DNA from: Maricaulis sp.
Lineage (GTDB): Bacteria > Pseudomonadota > Alphaproteobacteria > Caulobacterales > Maricaulaceae
Reading direction: 5' to 3'
Length of the DNA stretch: 64,000 nt
Assembly (NCBI RefSeq): GCF_039978735.1
Contig: NZ_JBDWAS010000058.1
Span: forward strand, 525 to 64,524
The translations under genes were made by a program, and so were the position numbers. This document shows positions 27,907-37,298 of this stretch, piece by piece (the first letter of the stretch is position 1; each line of letters begins with the position of its first letter). The notes beneath the pieces were generated by a model that searched no databases, was not told the origin of the DNA, and worked only from the letters and a program-made list of their open reading frames with translations.

Positions 27907-29751
27907 ATGCCCGCAGACTACCGCGCCGTGGAATTCCCGCCGGTTGACCTTGAAATAGACCGCCGTCCCGACGGGACGATCGTGATGACGCCGCGCGAGC
28001 CGCTCGATGTCAGGGATGCTTCCGTCCCGGCGGGTCTGGCGCGTCAGGCGCGGCTGCAGCCGGACAAGGTGCATCTGGCGGCCCGCCCGGCACGGGGCGA
28101 GCCCTGGGTGACGGCGAGCTTTGCCGAGGTGAAGGCGCGGGCAGACGCGCTGACCCGCTTCCTGCTCGACCGGGGCGTCGACCCGGCCAGACCGCTGGTG
28201 ATCGTTTCGGGCAATTCGATCGACCACGCCGTTGTGCGCTATGGCGCGATGGGGGCAGGTGTGCCGGTGTGTCCGGTCAGTGCGAATTATGCCCTGCTGG
28301 GCGCAGCCGGCGGGTTCGAGCGCCTGCGCCACGTGATGGACATGGTCAATCCGGGCTTCGTTTTCGCGGAAACGGCGGCTTATGCCCCCGCAGTCGACGC
28401 GACGGCGCCGGCCGATGCGGTGGTGTTGAGCCGGGCCCCCGACGCTTTCAGGACGCCAGCAAGCGATCTGGCCGACGTGCTGTCCGCACCGGCCGGAGAC
28501 GACATCGAAGACCGGATCGCTGCGCTCGATCCCGATGCGCCGGCGGCCTACATGCTGACGTCCGGCTCGACCGGAAAGCCCAAGGCCGTGATCCACACCC
28601 AGCGCATGATCACCTCCAATCTCTATCAGGGATGGCAGGTGCTCGGCCGCGCTGCCGGCTGGGACGATGTGCTGCTGGAATGGCTGCCCTGGAGCCATGT
28701 CTCCGGCGCCTTTTCCTCGATGGCCGCGGCGATCTTCGGCGGTACTTTCTACATCGACAACGGCAAGCCCTTGCCCGGTCTGTTCGACGAGACGATCGAG
28801 AATCTGCGCGAAGTTCCACTGACCTACTTCACCAATGTGCCCGCTGGCTATGCGATGCTCACCGAGGCGCTGGAGAAGGATGAGGCGCTGCGCAAGACCT
28901 TCTTCGAGAAGCTGCGTCTGATGCTCTATGGCGGAGCGGGTCTGCCGCAGCCCGTCTATGATCGCCTGCAGGCGATCGCCGAGGCGGAGACCGGAAATCG
29001 CGTCTTCATGACGACCGGATACGGCGCCACCGAGACCACATCGGGCTGTATGTCGATCTATTTCCATTCGGAAAAAGTCGGGATCGGTCTGCCGATGCCG
29101 GGGCTTCAGGTAAAGCTTGTCCCGCTGGACGAGACCCGTTTCGAACTGCGCATGAAGGGACCGATGGTGACGCCGGGCTATCTCGGCCGGCCGGACCTGG
29201 AAAGCCAGATCCGCGACGAGGACGGCTTCTACAGGATCGGCGACACAGCCCGCTTTCACGATCCGGCCGACCCCGCCCAGGGCCTCGCCTTTGCCGGCCG
29301 GCTGGCCGAGGAATTCAAGCTCGATACCGGTACATTTGTCAGCGGCGGCGAGCTGCGGGCCGAACTGGTGCGCGTCGGCGCGCCGCTGATCACAGATCTC
29401 GTGCTGTGCGGTGAAAACCGGTCCTACCTGTCCGCCCTGATCTGGCCCAACGCCGGGGCGCTGGCAGCCGAAGCCGGACTGCCGGACATGCCACCCGCCG
29501 ACCTGGTACGCGATCCGCGCGCCCTGGCCGCTATCGAAGCGCGCCTTGCGGCACACAATGCGGCGTGCTCCGGGTCGAGCGAACGCATTCGCCGGTTTGC
29601 CCTGCTGTCAGACCCGCCGAATGCCGAACGCCACGAAGTATCTGACAAGGGAACGATCAATCAGGAGGCGGCCCGGCGTCATCGCGCCGCCGATGTGGAG
29701 CGTCTCTATGCCGACACGCCCGACGCGGGCGTGGTGGAAATCGCACGCTGA
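27907..29751 (+). CDS. AMP-dependent acyl-CoA synthetase/ligase (feruloyl-CoA-synthetase-like long form)
   Basis: 614 aa. AMP-binding motifs YMLTSGSTGKPKAVIHTQR, TTGYGATET, YRIGDTARF and SDKGTINQ. Confidence 0.85.
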   Translation: MPADYRAVEFPPVDLEIDRRPDGTIVMTPREPLDVRDASVPAGLARQARLQPDKVHLAARPARGEPWVTASFAEVKARADALTRFLLDRGVDPARPLVIVSGNSIDHAVVRYGAMGAGVPVCPVSANYALLGAAGGFERLRHVMDMVNPGFVFAETAAYAPAVDATAPADAVVLSRAPDAFRTPASDLADVLSAPAGDDIEDRIAALDPDAPAAYMLTSGSTGKPKAVIHTQRMITSNLYQGWQVLGRAAGWDDVLLEWLPWSHVSGAFSSMAAAIFGGTFYIDNGKPLPGLFDETIENLREVPLTYFTNVPAGYAMLTEALEKDEALRKTFFEKLRLMLYGGAGLPQPVYDRLQAIAEAETGNRVFMTTGYGATETTSGCMSIYFHSEKVGIGLPMPGLQVKLVPLDETRFELRMKGPMVTPGYLGRPDLESQIRDEDGFYRIGDTARFHDPADPAQGLAFAGRLAEEFKLDTGTFVSGGELRAELVRVGAPLITDLVLCGENRSYLSALIWPNAGALAAEAGLPDMPPADLVRDPRALAAIEARLAAHNAACSGSSERIRRFALLSDPPNAERHEVSDKGTINQEAARRHRAADVERLYADTPDAGVVEIAR

Positions 29752-29778
29752 CGACCTGCCTGACCAACGGAGCAAGAC

Positions 29779-30585
29779 ATGCCTGAATTTGTGTTTGTGA
29801 TCGGCGTCAACTTCGCCGTCCTGATCGGTACCATGCTGGCCCTCTGGCTGATCAGCGTTGCCATTGGCGATGTCAGCTTCATCGACTCCTTCTGGGCGGC
29901 GGGCTTTGTGCTCGTGGCCTTTGTGACCCATTTCCTCACCCCTGACGGCGACGCCCAGCGCAAGCTCCTGCTGCTGGCGATCACGACGGTGTGGGGGCTG
30001 CGCCTGGCCGGCTACCTGCTCTGGCGCTGGCGCAAGGAAGGGCCGGACAAGCGCTATGTCGCTCTGCTCGGCAAGGCCAAGGGCAATCCGCACATGACCA
30101 GTCTGACGAAGGTCTTCCTGCTGCAGGGTGTCCTCTTGTGGATCGTCTCGCTGCCGGTGCAGCTGGGCCAGGTGCCGGCGCAGCCGGCCGGCGTCAGCTG
30201 GCTGGCCTGGGCAGGCGCCGCGCTGGCGATCATAGGCATCTTCTTCGAGACCGTCGGCGACTGGCAGATGGCGCGGTTCAAGGGCAATCCGGACAATGCC
30301 GGCAAGGTCATGGACCAGGGCCTGTGGCGCTATACGCGGCATCCCAACTATTTCGGCGATGCCTGTGTCTGGTGGGGCCTGTTCCTGATCGCGGCGGAGA
30401 CGACGCTGGGCCTGTTCGCGATCGTCGGCCCGATGCTGCTCACCTTCCTGCTCGTCCAGTGGAGCGGTGCCGCCCTCCTGGAGCGCCGTCTCAAGCGGTC
30501 GCGGCCCGAATACGAGGCCTATATCCGCCGCACCAGTTCCTTCATTCCGATGCCGCCGCGCCGCGATAGCGGCGAAACGGCCTGA
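29779..30585 (+). CDS. DUF1295-family membrane protein (steroid-5-alpha-reductase / ICMT-like fold)
   Basis: 268 aa with multiple TM segments. WRYTRHPNYFGDACVWWGLFLIA motif. Confidence 0.75.
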   Translation: MPEFVFVIGVNFAVLIGTMLALWLISVAIGDVSFIDSFWAAGFVLVAFVTHFLTPDGDAQRKLLLLAITTVWGLRLAGYLLWRWRKEGPDKRYVALLGKAKGNPHMTSLTKVFLLQGVLLWIVSLPVQLGQVPAQPAGVSWLAWAGAALAIIGIFFETVGDWQMARFKGNPDNAGKVMDQGLWRYTRHPNYFGDACVWWGLFLIAAETTLGLFAIVGPMLLTFLLVQWSGAALLERRLKRSRPEYEAYIRRTSSFIPMPPRRDSGETA

Positions 30586-30600
30586 TCACAGGAGTCCCCG

Positions 30601-32082
30601 ATGTCTGTTGTGAAGCTCGGCACGGTCCCGCACCGCGATCCCGATCCGAACCATCCCTATACGTCCGGTGCCTGGACGCCGGTGTTCGACGAGTATGACG
30701 CCGACGATCTCGAAGTGATCGGCGAGATCCCGAAGGATATCGACGGGATCTACGTCCGGAACAGCGAGAATCCGGCTTTCGGTTCGATCGGTCTTTATCA
30801 CCCGTTCGACGGCGATGGCATGATCCACACCATGTCCTTCCGCGACGGCAAGGCGAGTTACAAGAACCGCTTTGTGCGGACCAAGGGGCTGATGGCCGAG
30901 ATCGAGGCGGGCAAGCCGCTCTGGGCCGGCATTGCCGAGGATCCGCGCCTGTCGACCCGGCCGGGCTGGGGCGCGCATGGCGGCATCAAGGACTCATCCT
31001 CGACCGATGTCGTCGTGCATGCCGGCAAGATCCTGTCGACCTTCTATCAATGCGGGGAGGGCTATCGGCTCGACCCCTACACGATGGAACAGTTCGGGAC
31101 GGAAGGCTGGGTGCCGCTCGACGGTATCTCGGCACACCCCAAGCTGGACGAGAACACGGGCGAGCTGCTCTTCTTCAACTACTCCACCCACGCGCCCTAC
31201 ATGCATTACGGCGTCGTCGGGCCGGACAACAAGCTCAAGCACTACATCCCGATCCCCGTGCCGGGCCCGCGCCTGCCGCACGACATGGCCTTCACAAAAA
31301 ACTATTCGATCATCGCGGATCTGCCGCTGTTCTGGGATGCCGATATTCTGGCCAAGGGGCGCCATGCCGCGCGCTTCCACCGCGACATCCCGACCCGCTT
31401 CGCCATCGTGCCGCGCTACGGCCAGCCGGAAGACATCCGCTGGTTCGAGGCCGATCCGACCTATGTGCTGCACTGGATGAATGCCTGGGAAGAGGGCGAC
31501 GAGATCGTGCTCGACGGCTATTTCCAGGAAGACCCGGCGCCCAAACCGCTTGAGGCGCCCGGCGGCGATCCGCGCCTCGGCCAGCTGATGGCCTATCTGG
31601 ACGAGAACTCCTTCAAGCCGAAGCTGCATCGCTGGCGCTTCAACCTGAAGACCGGCGCGGTCAGCGAAAGCCATCTCGACGACCGGCTGCTTGAATTCGG
31701 AAGTTTCAACCAGACGTATGGTGGCGAGAAGTCGCGCTATCTCTACTCCACCTTCACCAAGCCGGGCTGGTTCCTGTTCGAGGGTCTCGTGAAGCACGAC
31801 TTCGAGACCGGCAAGAGCGAGACGCTCAACTTCGGTGAGGGCCGGTTCGGCAGCGAGGCGCCGTTTGCGCCGCGCGTCGGCGCCAGGTCGGAGGATGATG
31901 GCTACATCGTCTCCTTCATCACGGACATGGTCGAAAACCGCTCGGAATGCGTCCTGATCGACGCGCAGAACATTGCCGACGGTCCGGTGTGCCGGATCAT
32001 CCTGCCCCACCGGATTTCCAGCGGCACGCACGCAAGCTGGGCCGACGGCCCGACCGTGCGTGCAGCCCAGTCAGCAGCCTGA
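30601..32082 (+). CDS. carotenoid-cleavage-oxygenase-family dioxygenase (ACO/LSD/NOV-like)
   Basis: 493 aa. YHPFDGDGMIHTMSF. Four candidate iron-ligand His in the contexts DVVVHAGK, ISAHPKLD, RLPHDMAF and SGTHASW. Confidence 0.85.
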   Translation: MSVVKLGTVPHRDPDPNHPYTSGAWTPVFDEYDADDLEVIGEIPKDIDGIYVRNSENPAFGSIGLYHPFDGDGMIHTMSFRDGKASYKNRFVRTKGLMAEIEAGKPLWAGIAEDPRLSTRPGWGAHGGIKDSSSTDVVVHAGKILSTFYQCGEGYRLDPYTMEQFGTEGWVPLDGISAHPKLDENTGELLFFNYSTHAPYMHYGVVGPDNKLKHYIPIPVPGPRLPHDMAFTKNYSIIADLPLFWDADILAKGRHAARFHRDIPTRFAIVPRYGQPEDIRWFEADPTYVLHWMNAWEEGDEIVLDGYFQEDPAPKPLEAPGGDPRLGQLMAYLDENSFKPKLHRWRFNLKTGAVSESHLDDRLLEFGSFNQTYGGEKSRYLYSTFTKPGWFLFEGLVKHDFETGKSETLNFGEGRFGSEAPFAPRVGARSEDDGYIVSFITDMVENRSECVLIDAQNIADGPVCRIILPHRISSGTHASWADGPTVRAAQSAA

Positions 32083-32095
32083 ACGGAGATTGGAC

Positions 32096-32635
32096 ATGAG
32101 CTATCCGCCGAACACGCTTGAGACCCTGATCGCCAAACAGGACATACAGGACGTCCTCGCGCGCTATGCCCGGGGTGTGGACCGGGCCGACGCCGACCTG
32201 CTCCTGTCCTGCTATCACGCTGATGCGATCGAGGAGCATGGCAGCACCTACAAGGGTCCCGCGCACGAATACGTGCTGGGCGCGGTCGAGCGTCTGGCAA
32301 AGCTGAGCCATCCGATGGCGCACTATGTCAGCAATGTCCACGTCGAGTTCTCCGACGATGGCGAGACGGCCTGGGTCGAGAGCTATGTGCTCACCTTCGC
32401 GCGCTTCGACGACAAGTCGGGCCAGGCGCATGACACGCTGACCGGCGGCCGGCTGGCCGACCGTTTCGAGCGCCGCGGCGGGATCTGGCGGATCGCTCAC
32501 CGCAAGATGGCCTTCGACTGGAACCGCGACGCCCCGGCCAACGAGACCTGGTGCCTGGGCCTGTTCAATCCCGACGACCCCAAAATGGTCATGGGCAAGC
32601 GCGGCAAGGAAGACCTGTCCTACAGCCGGTTCTAG
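32096..32635 (+). CDS. NTF2-fold protein, SnoaL_4-type; paralog of 21242..21802
   Basis: In frame in track ORF 31973..32635, with an ATG at 32096. LIAKQDIQDVLARYARGVDRADADLLLSCYHADAIEEHGSTYKGPAHEYV. Confidence 0.8.
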   Translation: MSYPPNTLETLIAKQDIQDVLARYARGVDRADADLLLSCYHADAIEEHGSTYKGPAHEYVLGAVERLAKLSHPMAHYVSNVHVEFSDDGETAWVESYVLTFARFDDKSGQAHDTLTGGRLADRFERRGGIWRIAHRKMAFDWNRDAPANETWCLGLFNPDDPKMVMGKRGKEDLSYSRF

Positions 32636-33423
32636 CGGCCGGAGCCTCGCAGTAGGCGCTTTACTGACCAGAACAACTGCCAGGCGCGCAGGATGCCGGC
32701 ATAGACCCAGCTGTCATATGACCGGGCATACACGTGCGCGTAGATCGGATTGACGTCGCGGCCGCGTTTGTGCGGGTAGATGCCGAAATACGGGTTTCTT
32801 TCGCGAAAATTGAAGTTCATGCGATGCGGCTCAACGCCGGAGCGCCACAGGGCGTAGGGGAGGCTGACCTGGTCTCTCAAGCGATAGGCTGCAAAGCAAG
32901 CGTTCCAGCATTCCATCGCCGTATCGAGTTCGATCACCTTGTGATTTTTCAAAAGAACTCCGGTCTCGAACAGCCCAACATGATCATCGAAACCGCTTTC
33001 CAGATACGCCTGATATTCCTGTCTCAGCCTTTCAGCGCCTTCAGCCTTCTTGTTCTGAATGCAGCTTTCGACCTCTTCGGCGACGTTCTTGCGCAAGGGG
33101 TGCGGGAATGTCCCAACTGCTTTACCGGCCGCCAGAAAGGACCTGAAGAGCGCTCGTGTCGAACCGAGAACCCTGATATTACCATCGACGTAGATAGAAG
33201 CGTCGTAGCCTGGCAGAATCCGCTGTATCAAAGCGCGGTGATAGAGGTTTGCGGCCTTTGGCGTCGCAAACGCTCCAGCGTCGACTGCGCGAGTGGTCCA
33301 GCCATGGACCTGCATGTCGGGGTCGTCGGTTATGATGACGTAGTCAATCTCCGGATCCGCTTCTACGGGCGGGTAGACGCGGTCGTAATCTCCGAAGACT
33401 GCGGTGTAGACGAGCAGGCGCAT
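32632..33423 (-). CDS. DUF616 (TOD1/MUCI70-like) putative glycosyltransferase
   Basis: 263 aa. MRLLVYTAVFGDYDRV N-terminus. Visibly lower GC and more A/T-ending codons than the neighbouring genes. Confidence 0.65.
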   Translation of the reverse strand: MRLLVYTAVFGDYDRVYPPVEADPEIDYVIITDDPDMQVHGWTTRAVDAGAFATPKAANLYHRALIQRILPGYDASIYVDGNIRVLGSTRALFRSFLAAGKAVGTFPHPLRKNVAEEVESCIQNKKAEGAERLRQEYQAYLESGFDDHVGLFETGVLLKNHKVIELDTAMECWNACFAAYRLRDQVSLPYALWRSGVEPHRMNFNFRERNPYFGIYPHKRGRDVNPIYAHVYARSYDSWVYAGILRAWQLFWSVKRLLRGSGR

Positions 33424-33426
33424 GAG

Positions 33427-34299
33427 CTAGCGGCCTGCGATAATCCGGCCAGCCCGCCGTGCACCTCGCGCCATGACACTCGTCGCGACATCGGGCCAGT
33501 AAGCCGGCATTCCGGGGGGGGGCACATTGTCCGCGAGCGCCCGGCTCCAGGCAATCTGGGCGCGATAGTGCTTGGGCTTCATCAGGGCGGGCCGCAGGAC
33601 TGACGCCAATCGGGTCTGGAAGGTCTTGTCCTTGCGTTGCAATCCGTTATTGCCTTCGTACTCGCCCCGGTGACACACAGCGGCGCGTGGATTGAATTGG
33701 TAGAGGAGCTTGAGGTGCCGGGCGCGGGCAAAGAACTCCTGGCCAATGAACCCGTACATCTTCAGCCGCTCGCTGAAGAGGCCGGCTGATATCCAGTCTT
33801 GGCGGCGCATGCAGAGGTTGTTTTCGATCATGTACGCGTTCGGCCAGTCGCGATGCAGGGTCTCGAAGTCGAGCGGGGTGCAGGGCGGCAGTTTGGCCAG
33901 TTCCTGCATCTTCCAGACCATGCGCGTTTCGCGCGGATCGGACGGGTGGCGCGGGCCGCCTGTCATGACGCCGTCAGCGACGCAGGCCTTGTGCTCCGCA
34001 ACGAAATCCGGTTCGGGAAAGCTGTCGTCATCGAGGATGACAACGGCTTCGCCGTCGGCGGCAAGGATGCCCCGATTGCGCGCCACGGCGAGGCCATAGT
34101 CGCGGCATTCGGTGTCAATCCACTTCAGGTCGAAAGGTGTCCGGCTTCCGGCAAGCATGTCGGCTGTGCCATCCGTCGATCCGTCAATCGCGACGATCAG
34201 CTGGAAATCCGGATCAGACTGCTGTTCCAGCTCGGCGATCAGCTGCGCGACGAGATCCTTGCGATTGTAGGTCGTTACAACGATCGAAAGGGAAGGCAT
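33427..34299 (-). CDS. family-2 glycosyltransferase
   Basis: The track ORF extends to 34455. The ATG at 34299 gives MPSLSIVVTTYNRKDLV. IVAIDGSTDGT and VVILDDDSFPEPDF (DxD) are present. 3-nt gap to the DUF616 gene. Confidence 0.8.
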   Translation of the reverse strand: MPSLSIVVTTYNRKDLVAQLIAELEQQSDPDFQLIVAIDGSTDGTADMLAGSRTPFDLKWIDTECRDYGLAVARNRGILAADGEAVVILDDDSFPEPDFVAEHKACVADGVMTGGPRHPSDPRETRMVWKMQELAKLPPCTPLDFETLHRDWPNAYMIENNLCMRRQDWISAGLFSERLKMYGFIGQEFFARARHLKLLYQFNPRAAVCHRGEYEGNNGLQRKDKTFQTRLASVLRPALMKPKHYRAQIAWSRALADNVPPPGMPAYWPDVATSVMARGARRAGRIIAGR

Positions 34300-34364
34300 C
34301 TTGGTCAGACCTTTTCGGCAGCGCTGCAAAAGGCCTGCTCGTGCGCTCGCCATGAGCGTCCTGA

Positions 34365-34376
34365 TTTGTATACAAA
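34365..34376. promoter_or_regulatory. perfect 12-bp palindrome upstream of the GT cassette
   Basis: TTTGTATACAAA, 66 nt upstream of the GT2 ATG. It has the GT-N-AC architecture typical of GntR/FadR-type operators. Confidence 0.4.
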
Positions 34377-34568
34377 GGTGGAGGCTCGGTCCGGGCGCAG
34401 AGCCTTTGCTACAGCGTCTGATCGACCTCTGATGCTCGACACAACAACGCCCCAATCAATGCGCCCGGAACCCACTGGTCTTGATTGCATATCAGGGAAA
34501 GACGGACAAGCCGCATCAGGCCCCACGGACCTGCGTTTCGTTCCGGATTTCGCGGCTTAACGGTGTCC

Positions 34569-36059
34569 CTACCCCCCAAACACGACCGGCGAGAGCCAGA
34601 GCGCGGCCATGGCCAGGACGGCGATGGCGACGATGTTCAGAAGGAAGCCGGCCCGGGCCATGTGCGGGATCGAGACAAGGCCCGAGCTGAACACGATGGC
34701 ATTCGGCGGTGTCGCCACCGGCAGCATGAAGGCACAGCTGGCCGCCAGCGTGACCGGGATGACAAAGACCAGCGGATCCTGACCGGTTTCCACCGCAATC
34801 GCGGCGATGACCGGCAGGAAGGTCGCGGTGGTCGCGAGATTGCTGGTCAGTTCGGTCAGGAAGATCACGAGCGCTGTCGCGACGATCACCAGCAGGGCGA
34901 GGTTCAGCGCGCCGAGCGGCGCCAGTTGTTCACCCAGCCAGAGCGCGAGGCCCGAACTGGCGACGGCCGAGGCCAGCGCCAGGCCGCCGCCGAACAGGAT
35001 CAGCACGCCCCAGGGCAGCTTGCCCATGTCCTCCCAGACCATGAGCGCCTTTCCGTCCTTGCCGGAGGGAATGAGGAAGGCGCCGACTGCAGCGATCATG
35101 GCAACGCCGGTGTCCGAGATCGAACCGATCACCGGCACGCCCGACAGGAAGCCCCGTCCGACCCAGCCGATCACCAGAAAGGCGAACAGCATGGCCGTGC
35201 GCACCTCGGCCGTGCTCATCGGGCCGAGGGCTGTGCGCATATGGCCGATATGCTTCATGGCGTCTGCGGAGGCGGTGAAGCTGACCGGGAAGATGATGCG
35301 GGTGAGCGTCAGCCAGGCGATCGGGAGCAGCACGGCGCTCACCGGAACGCCCACCAGCATCCAGCGCGCGAAGTCGACCTCGACGCCATAGCTGTCTGAC
35401 ATGAAGCCGACCATGAATGCGTTAGGCGGGGTGCCGACGAGGGTGGCGACACCGCCCAGCGTGGCCCCGTAGGCGAGTCCGAGCAGGAGTGCGATCGAGA
35501 AATTGCTCCGCTGGCGAACGTCCAGATCCGGCATGGTCTCGCCGATCACCGTGACCACGGAAACTGCGATGGGCAGCAGCATCAGCGTCGTCGACGTGTT
35601 GGAGATCCACATGCTGACGATCGCCGCTGCTAGCATGAAACCGCCGACCAGTGCGCGTGCATTCGTGCCCACCATGCGGAAGACGCCGAGCGCGATGCGC
35701 CGGTGCAGGCCACACCGCTCAATGGCCAGGGCCACGACGAAGCCGCCAAAGAAAAGATAGATGATCGGATGGGCGTAGGGTGACGAGATCTCGCCGATCG
35801 TCGAAACGCCGAGGACGGGAAACAGGACCAGCGGCAGGAAGGCCGTGATCGCGACCGGAATCGCCTCAGTTGCCCACCAGATCGCCATCCAGGCGCCGAT
35901 TGCGGCGACGAACACGCCTTCGTTCGACAGGCCTTCCGGGCGCAGAAAGAGACCGATCAGGATTGCAGCCAGCGGGCCGGCGGCCAGTCCGATGCGCTGA
36001 TAGAGGGCGGGCGCGTCGTCATGCGTCGCGTCAGTCATGTCAGTCTCCGTTCGTGGCAA
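34569..36059 (-). CDS. DASS/SLC13-family anion (di/tricarboxylate or sulfate) transporter
   Basis: 496 aa and highly hydrophobic. WISNTSTTLMLLPIA and PVATPPNAIVFSSG hairpin motifs. Confidence 0.85.
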   Translation of the reverse strand: MPRTETDMTDATHDDAPALYQRIGLAAGPLAAILIGLFLRPEGLSNEGVFVAAIGAWMAIWWATEAIPVAITAFLPLVLFPVLGVSTIGEISSPYAHPIIYLFFGGFVVALAIERCGLHRRIALGVFRMVGTNARALVGGFMLAAAIVSMWISNTSTTLMLLPIAVSVVTVIGETMPDLDVRQRSNFSIALLLGLAYGATLGGVATLVGTPPNAFMVGFMSDSYGVEVDFARWMLVGVPVSAVLLPIAWLTLTRIIFPVSFTASADAMKHIGHMRTALGPMSTAEVRTAMLFAFLVIGWVGRGFLSGVPVIGSISDTGVAMIAAVGAFLIPSGKDGKALMVWEDMGKLPWGVLILFGGGLALASAVASSGLALWLGEQLAPLGALNLALLVIVATALVIFLTELTSNLATTATFLPVIAAIAVETGQDPLVFVIPVTLAASCAFMLPVATPPNAIVFSSGLVSIPHMARAGFLLNIVAIAVLAMAALWLSPVVFGG

Positions 36060-36954
36060 GCTGGCAGGCGGCTGTATTGTAGACCGGTTCGGACACCAGA
36101 TAGCGGACGGCGGCGGGCGCCATCCGGGTGTTGTCGTGGGCTACGCCGGGCACGGTCGCGACCGCCCATCCGTGTTCCAGTCCGGCATCGGCAGCCAATC
36201 GATCCACCAGGGCGGCAGTATTCAGGCCGCGCTCGAACCGGTGTGCGCCCTGGGCCCGGGCCTCGGGGGTCTGGCGCAGATTGGATGCATTCGGATCATT
36301 GTCGGCCTCGCCCAGAAGCAGGGTGACCGGCAGGGCGGCAATATCGCCCGGATCGAGCGGCGTGCGCGGCGCGCCGGCAAACCCGTACGGCCATTCGGCC
36401 GACATGTCCGGCCAGGTGTACCAGCCGGCATTGGCGACCACTGCGGCTTCGACGTGCGTATCCGGTGTCAGCATCAGGAAACGATGGACGAATTGCGCGC
36501 CGGCAGAATGTCCGAATATCGAATACCCGTTGCGTGTCGAACCCAGTCCGGCACGCATGGTTGCGAACAGGGGCTCGATGGCGTCGAAGGCTGAGACCGC
36601 ATCGGTGCCGCGAAGCGGTTCGCCCAGATTATATCCGGAAGATCTTGGAAAGCCGTCCTGGTCGAAACCGGGGGCGATGATTGCCAGTCCGCAGGCGTCG
36701 GCCAGGTCGATCCAGGCGTCTCGATAATCGTCGGGATTGCGGTTCACACCGTGCATCACGAAGATGATGGGGGCGTCGGCGGGGAGGTTTTCGGGCCGGT
36801 AGGTTTCGACGCTGAGATCGGGCCCGCCCCATCCGGAATAGACCAGCGAGGCGCGACCCGTGGGGATGGCAAAGCTCGAGTCCGTGCCTTGTGCAGCAGC
36901 GATGCCTGTCATCGCGGACAGGGCGGCGAGCGTGGCAATGTGGGAGAAGCGCAT
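36040..36954 (-). CDS. secreted alpha/beta hydrolase (esterase / PHB-depolymerase-like)
   Basis: 304 aa. Signal peptide MRFSHIATLAALSAMTGIAAAQG. IIFVMHGVNRNPDDY. Nucleophile elbow FGHSAGAQF. Overlaps the DASS gene by 20 nt. Confidence 0.8.
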   Translation of the reverse strand: MRFSHIATLAALSAMTGIAAAQGTDSSFAIPTGRASLVYSGWGGPDLSVETYRPENLPADAPIIFVMHGVNRNPDDYRDAWIDLADACGLAIIAPGFDQDGFPRSSGYNLGEPLRGTDAVSAFDAIEPLFATMRAGLGSTRNGYSIFGHSAGAQFVHRFLMLTPDTHVEAAVVANAGWYTWPDMSAEWPYGFAGAPRTPLDPGDIAALPVTLLLGEADNDPNASNLRQTPEARAQGAHRFERGLNTAALVDRLAADAGLEHGWAVATVPGVAHDNTRMAPAAVRYLVSEPVYNTAACQLATNGD

Positions 36955-37098
36955 GATAGACGGTCCGGATTCGGGCCGGGAGGGCAGGCTGGATGTATGG
37001 CGTGCTAGATCGCCCGGTTGCTGAGCATGCGGGCGAACTGGTCACACTTCGAGCGTGCCCTTGAATTCATGCTGCCCTCCCCGCATTTTGTGTTTCGA

Positions 37099-37129
37099 TG
37101 ACAGTGACGGCGAAGTTCCGACGGTGTCA
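37099..37129. promoter_or_regulatory. imperfect inverted repeat in the divergent region upstream of the double-TetR gene
   Basis: TGACAGTGACGG-CGAAGTT-CCGACGGTGTCA. The arms match at 9 of 12 positions, with TGACA..TGTCA ends. Confidence 0.3.
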
Positions 37130-37298
37130 ATAAAAAACGTACACGTCGTTCAAATTGCCTTCCCTCGGGCTTGTCAACAATGCCGGGCTGGGGTTGTATG
37201 GGGAGGAGCAAGACGGGCGCGCGACTCTTCGGAACGTCGCAAATGCCCGCGGGGTCGGTCTTTTCCGGTTCCGTACTCAAAGGAAAGAGGCACGATCT

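Noticed and set aside
34481-34495. FNR/CRP-like box TTGATTGCATATCAG upstream of the GT cassette and DASS gene.
   Set aside because: The half-site spacing is 5 nt rather than the required 4, and the right half is ATCAG rather than ATCAA. This is probably chance.
32632-34560. The GT cassette as a mobile element.
   Set aside because: The lower GC is visible. However, I find no transposase, integrase, tRNA target, inverted terminal repeats or target-site duplication. I report only a compositional anomaly, not a mobile element.
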